DNA of 30,935 bases from Bacteroidota bacterium (GTDB taxonomy: Bacteria; Bacteroidota; Bacteroidia; Flavobacteriales_D; Crocinitomicaceae). The DNA lies in NCBI GenBank assembly GCA_041176665.1, contig JBEDCT010000245.1, positions 1 through 30,935 of the forward strand, read 5' to 3'. Of this stretch, positions 25,244 to 30,935 are shown one piece after another. The stretch's first letter is position 1. Every line of letters begins with the position of its first letter. Made by a program: the position numbers and the translations under genes. Below the pieces are notes generated by a model. The model ran no database searches and was not told where the DNA came from. It was given only the letters and a program-made list of their open reading frames with translations.

Positions 25244-25251
25244 CAAAATTA
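25244..25251 (-). promoter_or_regulatory. -7 promoter element for the thioesterase gene
   Basis: Minus strand TAATTTTG ends only 5 nt before the ATG; TTTC sits at N19 upstream. Confidence 0.55.
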
Positions 25252-25376
25252 GTGAAATATCAAGCACCCTGAAACAAATGTCCTTTTTGATATGTTCTCA
25301 ATGTGAAATAATTGTAAAATAGTGAATAATTCATTAATTTTAACGCTGAACTATTTTGCTAGAAAACTACTTCCCT

Positions 25377-27569
25377 ATGAACAAAAGACAATTACTCTTA
25401 TCGTTTTTATCCGTTTTGACTTTTTCCATGAGTGCTTTTGCACAACAAAAACGCATTCCAGATCCGGGAAATATGCGCCAAGGAGAAACAATCGAATACT
25501 GTATTCAGCACAAAAAACAGGCAGAATTGATGAAAAATCCGGCTTATGTGAAAGCCAAAGAATTGGATGATGCAGAATTCGAGATGCTTTCTAAAAAAGG
25601 CGAATCGGAGAAAGCGACTATTTATAAAATCCCAGTGGTGTTCCATGTACTTCACATGAATGGAGTTGAAAATATTTCTGACGAACAAATTTTAGATGCA
25701 CTTGCCTTATTAAACAGAGATTATAGAAAACAAAATGCGGATACGGCGAACGTTCATCCTGATTTTTTAGGTATGCCGGCTGATATTGAAATCGAATTTG
25801 TATTGGCGACAAAAGCGCCTAATGGCACTTGTTTTAAAGGGATAACGAGAACGTATAATACCATTAGTTACGATGGTAGCGACGGTGGAAACCAAGTGGA
25901 TGCAATCGTTGCGGGAAATGATGTTTACCAAGGTCAGTGGCCAGGTAACAAATACATGAATGTGTTTATTTGTGGTGAAATTGGTGGAGCTGCTGGATAC
26001 ACGTATAATCCGGCAGGTTGGGGTGCAACCCAAATGACCAATGGAATTTGGATTCTACATGATTACGTTGGTTCCATCGGAACAAGTGGAATAGGGTCAA
26101 GTCGAACGTTGACGCATGAAGTCGGACACTGGTTAAACCTTTCTCATACCTGGGGATCAAATAACAACCCTGGGACCGCTACAAGCTGCTCAGGAAATGG
26201 CGATCAAGTACAAGACACTCCAACGTGTATTGGTGTTTCTGCATGTTTGCTAAACGCTAACACCTGTAATAACGACAACGCTTATTGGGGATTCGACATT
26301 CGTGATAATGTAGAAAACTACATGGATTATTCTTACTGTTCTAAAATGTTTACCGAAGGTCAACGTACCCGAATGAGAACAGCTTTACAGTCAACGAACA
26401 CTGGTCGTGCTAATCTTTGGACAACAGCGAATCTTGCGGCTGTTGGAGCAAATGGCGTACTTTATTTGTGTAAGGCCGAATTTACTGCAGATAAAACGAC
26501 GATTTGTAACGGCGACGAAATTTCTTTTTCAGATGATTCATACAATGTGGCTAACGCTTGGACATGGACAATTACCCCTTCTACAGGTTGGTCTTATTCA
26601 AATGGTACTTCAGGAACAAGTCAGAATCCATCGGTCGTTTTTGACACGCCAGGACTCTATACGGTACAATTAACTTCGACAGACGGAACATTGTCTGATA
26701 GTGAAATTAAAAACAACTTTATTAATGTCCTAAATACTGGAGCTTCCCTACCTTTTTGGGAAGGATTTGAGAACTATACAAGTTTATCGAATATCCAAGA
26801 ATGGGATGTGTTTTCTTCCTCAGCGAACAACGCATGGACCATCGAATCAACAACAGGGTACTCAGGTGCGAAATGTGCAAAACTCATGAATTTTGGACAA
26901 GGAACTGCGAATATTGATGAGTTGACTTCTTCTCAAATTGATTTATCAACGGTGCCTTCTACAGGGACAGTAACCTTGAGTTTCCGTTACGCATACAGAA
27001 AAGTATTGACAGCAAATTATGAATATTTGAAGGTATTTATTTCTGGAGATTGTGGTGCCGATTGGATTCAACGTAAAACAATCCAAGGAAATCAACTTTC
27101 AACTTTGACGTCAACAACATCATGGAAACCGACTTCACAAACGGATTGGGTTACGGTGCATATGACCAACGTTACGAGTAGTTATTTCACGGATAAATTC
27201 CGTGTGCTTTTCCGTTTTGAAGGTGAGGGCGGAAACAACATTTACTTGGATGACATCAATTTGTACAACGGAAGTCCTTCCAACGAGGTGGTAACAGGTA
27301 TAACAGAACATTCTTCCATTTCTCATTTAGAAATGTTCCCTAATCCTGCGGATGATGAATTGAACGTTTCTTTTGATCTTCCGAATACGGATGACTTAAC
27401 GATTTCGATTGTGGACCTTTCCGGTAAAATCATTCAAAAACATTTGGTGAAAGCGAAAGAAGGTAAAAACTTGGTGATGATGAATACACAAGAACTTGCT
27501 GCTGGTATGTATCAGTTACGTATGGTCAGTTCAAATGGACAAAAAACACTTCCGTTTATAGTGAAGTAA
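25377..27569 (+). CDS. M43 (pappalysin/ulilysin-like) zinc metalloprotease with PKD domain, beta-sandwich accessory domain and T9SS CTD
   Basis: Start moved to the ATG at 25377 (signal peptide ..SMSAFA|QQ). IPVVFHVLH, zinc motif HEVGHWLNLSH (26115-26147), Met-turn NYMDYS, PKD-like AEFTAD..W.W...NPSVVFDTPGLYTVQL, and CTD MFPNPADD...DLSGK...AGMYQL...FIVK. Confidence 0.93.
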   Translation: MNKRQLLLSFLSVLTFSMSAFAQQKRIPDPGNMRQGETIEYCIQHKKQAELMKNPAYVKAKELDDAEFEMLSKKGESEKATIYKIPVVFHVLHMNGVENISDEQILDALALLNRDYRKQNADTANVHPDFLGMPADIEIEFVLATKAPNGTCFKGITRTYNTISYDGSDGGNQVDAIVAGNDVYQGQWPGNKYMNVFICGEIGGAAGYTYNPAGWGATQMTNGIWILHDYVGSIGTSGIGSSRTLTHEVGHWLNLSHTWGSNNNPGTATSCSGNGDQVQDTPTCIGVSACLLNANTCNNDNAYWGFDIRDNVENYMDYSYCSKMFTEGQRTRMRTALQSTNTGRANLWTTANLAAVGANGVLYLCKAEFTADKTTICNGDEISFSDDSYNVANAWTWTITPSTGWSYSNGTSGTSQNPSVVFDTPGLYTVQLTSTDGTLSDSEIKNNFINVLNTGASLPFWEGFENYTSLSNIQEWDVFSSSANNAWTIESTTGYSGAKCAKLMNFGQGTANIDELTSSQIDLSTVPSTGTVTLSFRYAYRKVLTANYEYLKVFISGDCGADWIQRKTIQGNQLSTLTSTTSWKPTSQTDWVTVHMTNVTSSYFTDKFRVLFRFEGEGGNNIYLDDINLYNGSPSNEVVTGITEHSSISHLEMFPNPADDELNVSFDLPNTDDLTISIVDLSGKIIQKHLVKAKEGKNLVMMNTQELAAGMYQLRMVSSNGQKTLPFIVK

Positions 27570-29372
27570 TTACTTCGATTGAAAATATTCAAATAGGACA
27601 AGCGCTTTTGCTTGTCCTATTTTTTTTGCTAATATTTCTTGAGAGCATTCTTTGATTTTCTCGACCGATTTAAATTCTTGGAGTAGTAGTGTCCATGTTT
27701 TCTCACCAATGCCTTTAATTTCTGCTAATTCTGTTTGAAAAGAATTTTTACTGCGCTTATTTCGGTGATGCGTAATGCCAAAACGATGGGCCTCATCCCT
27801 CATGTGCTGCACTAATTTCAGTCCTTTTGAACGTCTGTCCAATACGATTGATTTGGAATGATTTGGACGAAAGAGCTCTTCCATGCGTTTCGCTAATCCA
27901 AAAACGCTGACTTGTTCTGAAATCCCTAACTCTTCAATAGATTCCATGGCTGCGCTTAATTGTCCTTTACCACCATCAATGATGATTAACTGCGGAAGGG
28001 GAGTGCCTTCGTCTAATAGTCGTCTGTAGCGTCTAAAAACAACTTCTTTCATTGTACTGAAGTCATCCGGACCAACAACAGTCTTCACGTTGAAATGACG
28101 ATAATCATTTTTACTTGGAATGCCTTGTTTGAAAACTACACAGGAAGAAACGGCGTTTGTTCCTTGTAAATTCGAATTATCGAAACATTCGATGTGATTA
28201 GGTAGGGCTGTTAATGAAAGTGCTTGTTGCAATTCAAGCAGGGCATCTTGTCCACCATGTTCCGAAACACGGTTCATTTCCCTTTTTTTCAATTGTAAAC
28301 GATAGTGCTTTACATTATGGAGAGATAATTCGACTAACTTTTTCTTTTCGCCAATTTGTGGACAATGAAAATGGAAGTCCGGAAAAATCGATTCAACTTT
28401 GTCAAAAACCAAAACTTCCTTCGAAGAACTTTCAAACTTCATCCGCAATTGAGGAAGAACATACGTAAAAACATAGGTGATATTTTCAGAAAGCTTTAGT
28501 TCCAAATGGGAAGTATACGTATGGACAATTGCCCCATCGCGAATAACTAAGTAGTTGAAAAACAAAAATTCCTCATCGAGCTCGTATGTAATGACATCTA
28601 CCTCATTTAAGGTGTGAGAAACAATCATGGACTTTGATTGATATTTCTCAATTTGTTCCAGTATTTCTTTTACTTTTTGAGCTCCTTCAAAATCATATTT
28701 CTCCGCTAATTCCTGCATGGTTTTTTTCAAACTTAAACTGAGTGCATATGTTTTTCCCTGTAATAACAACTCAATGGAATTCAACATGTTATCATAGTCA
28801 GTCTTTGATTGATATGCAACACAAGGTGCCGCGCATTTTCCAATGTGGTATTCTAAACAGACCTTGTATTTCTCCTGTTTTATTTTATCTTCAGATAAGT
28901 CCAATGCACACGAACGAAGAGTGAACAATTCGCGAATTAATTGCAGCAAAGTTTGCATCACCCGACCATTGGGGTATGGACCAAAATACTTCGAGCCATC
29001 TTTAATCTTTCGCCTTGTGCTGAAAACGCGCGGGAAGGGTTCGTTTTTGACAACAATCCATGGGTAAGTTTTGTCGTCCTTCAGTAAAATGTTGTAGCGT
29101 GGACGGTAAGATTTGATGAGGTTGTTTTCTAGCAGAAGTGCGTCGAGCTCTGAGGAAACAACAGTAAACTTAACGTCAGCAATGTTTTTGACTAAAGCAC
29201 GTGTTTTTCCATCCGTTATATTCGCTTTGAAATACGAATGCACACGCTTGTTTAAATTTTTTGCTTTCCCAACATAAATAATCACACCTTTTGAATCAAA
29301 GAATTGATACACACCAGCATCTGTTGGAAGCACCTTTATTTTCTCTAAGACAAGCAGGGAATGCAGATTCAT
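27570..29372 (-). CDS. uvrC: Excinuclease ABC subunit C
   Basis: GIY-YIG GVYQ...IIYVGKAKNLNKRV.SYF, NILLKDDKTYP, YFGPY, CLEYHIGKCAAPC, IECFDNSNLQG, IIDGGKGQL, RDEAHRFGITHHR and C-terminal HhH IKGIG. Confidence 0.97.
   Translation of the reverse strand: MNLHSLLVLEKIKVLPTDAGVYQFFDSKGVIIYVGKAKNLNKRVHSYFKANITDGKTRALVKNIADVKFTVVSSELDALLLENNLIKSYRPRYNILLKDDKTYPWIVVKNEPFPRVFSTRRKIKDGSKYFGPYPNGRVMQTLLQLIRELFTLRSCALDLSEDKIKQEKYKVCLEYHIGKCAAPCVAYQSKTDYDNMLNSIELLLQGKTYALSLSLKKTMQELAEKYDFEGAQKVKEILEQIEKYQSKSMIVSHTLNEVDVITYELDEEFLFFNYLVIRDGAIVHTYTSHLELKLSENITYVFTYVLPQLRMKFESSSKEVLVFDKVESIFPDFHFHCPQIGEKKKLVELSLHNVKHYRLQLKKREMNRVSEHGGQDALLELQQALSLTALPNHIECFDNSNLQGTNAVSSCVVFKQGIPSKNDYRHFNVKTVVGPDDFSTMKEVVFRRYRRLLDEGTPLPQLIIIDGGKGQLSAAMESIEELGISEQVSVFGLAKRMEELFRPNHSKSIVLDRRSKGLKLVQHMRDEAHRFGITHHRNKRSKNSFQTELAEIKGIGEKTWTLLLQEFKSVEKIKECSQEILAKKIGQAKALVLFEYFQSK
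27591..27627 (+). terminator. Intrinsic terminator of the M43 gene, located inside uvrC coding sequence (opposite strand)
   Basis: AAATAGGACAAGC-gctttt-GCTTGTCCTATTT is a perfect 13-bp stem, with a T8 run (27620-27627). It begins 21 nt after the M43 stop. Confidence 0.85.
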
Positions 29373-29393
29373 TGGATAAAATTAATCACAAAC

Positions 29394-29424
29394 TTTCAGA
29401 AGAACACGAGCTATGCTATCTTTG
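29394..29424 (+). promoter_or_regulatory. Promoter of nadC
   Basis: TTTC (29394-29397), N19, TATCTTTG (29417-29424), ending 4 nt before the ATG at 29429. Confidence 0.65.
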
Positions 29425-29428
29425 TTCT

Positions 29429-30262
29429 ATGTTAGATGAATTCATACGAAAATCTTTGCTAGAGGATATTGGTGACGGAGATCACTCTACTCTTGCCTGT
29501 ATTCCTGCAGATGCAAAAGGAAAAGCGAAGTTACTGGTAAAAGAAAACGGCATAATTGCTGGACTCGAAGTAGCAAAAAGAATTTTTGAAATCGTGGATC
29601 CATCCCTTGATGTTGTTTTCTATAAAAAAGACGGTGATACCATTGAAATAGATGATATTGTCTTTCAAGTTTCAGGCTCTTCACAGTCCATTTTAACTTC
29701 GGAAAGATTAGTGCTTAATTGCTTACAGCGTATGAGCGGAATTGCCTCACAAACCGCGCAAGTTCTGCGTGTGATTGAAGGTTGTAAGACGAAAATATTA
29801 GACACGAGAAAAACCACTCCCGGAATGCGTTTCTTGGAAAAACGGGCGGTGAAAATTGGTGGGGGTGATAACCATCGCTTTGGCTTGTACGATATGATTA
29901 TGTTGAAAGATAATCACATCGATTATGCAGGTGGAATTAAAAACGCCATTGAGAAAACGAAAAAATACTTGAGCGATTCGAAACGGGTACTAAAAATTGA
30001 AATTGAGGTGCGCAGTTTGGATGAATTAAATCAGGTTATTGAAGTTGGAGGAGTAGACCGAATTATGCTCGATAATTTTACACCGGAAAAATTAAAAGAA
30101 GCGCTAACCTTAATTCCTAGCTCATATGAAACAGAAGCTTCGGGCGGAATTACGATAGATAATATTCGTCCATATGCCGAAACGGGCGTTCAATTTATTT
30201 CTATGGGTGCATTGACTCATTCGGTGAAAGGACTCGATTTAAGCTTGAAAGCAAGTTTTTAG
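29429..30262 (+). CDS. nadC: Nicotinate-nucleotide diphosphorylase (carboxylating), quinolinate phosphoribosyltransferase
   Basis: Start moved from TTG 29291 to ATG 29429 (MLDEFIRKSLLEDIGDGDHST). ERLVLN.LQRMSGIA, DTRKTTPG, NHRFGLYDMIMLKDNH, EIEVRS, IMLDN, EASGGIT and ISMGALTHS. Confidence 0.96.
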   Translation: MLDEFIRKSLLEDIGDGDHSTLACIPADAKGKAKLLVKENGIIAGLEVAKRIFEIVDPSLDVVFYKKDGDTIEIDDIVFQVSGSSQSILTSERLVLNCLQRMSGIASQTAQVLRVIEGCKTKILDTRKTTPGMRFLEKRAVKIGGGDNHRFGLYDMIMLKDNHIDYAGGIKNAIEKTKKYLSDSKRVLKIEIEVRSLDELNQVIEVGGVDRIMLDNFTPEKLKEALTLIPSSYETEASGGITIDNIRPYAETGVQFISMGALTHSVKGLDLSLKASF

Positions 30263-30271
30263 TTCAGTGAA

Positions 30272-30892
30272 TTAGTCATAACTACAGGCCGAAATCACTA
30301 ACTCACCTTGCTGAAAACATTCTAATTTCACCCGTCTCCAACTTTCTTCACACAACATTTTTCCGAAATAGATTTCACCGGATTTTTCTTCGATAATCAA
30401 CTCTGATTTGAATTCAATTCCTGTCCGATTATTCAATTTAAACATGGCTTCTTTCATTGTCCATAGTTTTGTTAAATCAACTATGGACTGCTCGCCAATG
30501 AACTGTTCCTCTTCGTTGCTGACAAATCGGGACGCAATGCGCTCGATTCGTGGACTCATCTCCTCGATGTCAATTCCGATTTCTTTTGAACTGCTGCCAA
30601 ATGCACAAAAATTCTTAGAGTGGCTAATGGAAATGAAGGTATTCAATTGTTTGCTTAAGAAAGGTTTTCTCGCTTCTGAATAACAAATAGGTGAAGGTAA
30701 ATTTGATTGATTTCTCAAACGACGAACACCTAAAAACTCCACTTTTCTAGATTCATTATAAAAGGTGTTTAATTGTTCCCTTTCCTCCGGAAATAAATCC
30801 TCGTGTAAATATGCTTCAAATGGTTTTTTTTTGGCTAATGCAACAGAACTCAATTGATCTGACAAAAAAATTCTATGAAGCGATTCAGACAT
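30272..30892 (-). CDS. 4'-phosphopantetheinyl transferase superfamily protein (Sfp-like)
   Basis: RKPFL, ISISHS, IGIDIE and LWTMKEAMFK (WxxKEA). Confidence 0.9.
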   Translation of the reverse strand: MSESLHRIFLSDQLSSVALAKKKPFEAYLHEDLFPEEREQLNTFYNESRKVEFLGVRRLRNQSNLPSPICYSEARKPFLSKQLNTFISISHSKNFCAFGSSSKEIGIDIEEMSPRIERIASRFVSNEEEQFIGEQSIVDLTKLWTMKEAMFKLNNRTGIEFKSELIIEEKSGEIYFGKMLCEESWRRVKLECFQQGELVISACSYD

Positions 30893-30935
30893 TTATCAAT
30901 TAATTAACAGTTAGTTCATACACATACTGCAAAGT

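Noticed and set aside
25239-25293. Two interleaved 7-bp inverted repeats (AAGGACA/TGTCCTT and ATATCAA/TTGATAT) with pseudoknot-like topology
   Set aside because: The arms are short and AT-rich, and the region is probably untranscribed promoter DNA between divergent genes, so chance is a sufficient explanation.
26115-26147. Asn instead of Gly in the M43 zinc motif (HEVGHWLNLSH) as a sign of inactivation
   Set aside because: All three His, the catalytic Glu and the Met-turn are intact, and I recall this variant as common in Bacteroidota M43 proteases.
29291-29428. ORF-track N-terminal extension of nadC overlapping uvrC head-to-head
   Set aside because: NadC similarity begins at the Met at 29429, and a promoter lies inside the extension.
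2060-30683. The many 60-140 aa alternative-frame and antisense ORFs in the track (for example 20764..21183, 18565..18906, 24204..24539, 28214..28468)
   Set aside because: All lie within well-supported genes, show no recognisable motifs or dedicated promoters, and are expected shadow ORFs.
30272-30892. PPTase as a marker of an NRPS/PKS cluster
   Set aside because: No carrier-protein or synthase genes are in the window, and stand-alone Sfp-like PPTases are common. Sequence beyond the right edge is unseen.
1-30935. rRNA, tRNA, riboswitch, IS or CRISPR features
   Set aside because: All intergenic gaps are under about 140 nt, and none shows a cloverleaf, a riboswitch consensus I recognise, terminal inverted repeats or repeat-spacer structure.

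Overview
A gene-dense, AT-rich stretch of core chromosome from a Bacteroidota bacterium, most likely Flavobacteriales and possibly Crocinitomicaceae/Fluviicola-like. The phylum call rests on TTTG-N19-21-TAnnTTTG promoters, two T9SS C-terminal sorting domains, no Shine-Dalgarno motifs at the start codons I inspected, and bS21 with Tyr54. The family-level guess is inference only. There are about 31 CDS. Housekeeping genes include pheS, an RluA/RluD pseudouridine synthase, apt, an acyl-CoA dehydrogenase, rpsU, xerC, uvrC, nadC and a PPTase. Envelope and secretion genes include a PASTA protein, two T9SS cargo proteins, a PorE-like OmpA protein, a GT9, a glutaminyl cyclase and three paralogous small lipoproteins. 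There are also two APC transporters and several DUF or unknown proteins. I see no rRNA, tRNA, CRISPR array, prophage, IS element or recognisable defence system, and I cannot claim a clearly new system. The best leads are: (1) a tandem triplet of single-domain lipoprotein paralogues that keep a D-S/T-x sequon at an aligned position; (2) a tightly coupled PASTA / T9SS-cargo / RluA operon, whose cargo has 13 Bacteroidota O-glycosylation sequons and shares a beta-sandwich signature with the M43 protease; (3) a possible nuclease plus metal-cluster reading of DUF2851; (4) a perfect (ATCAACAACA)x4 repeat abutting a start codon; (5) an intrinsic terminator written inside uvrC coding sequence; (6) near-leaderless promoters, and an rpsU with no Shine-Dalgarno sequence. 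All family assignments come from motif recognition by eye, not database searches.
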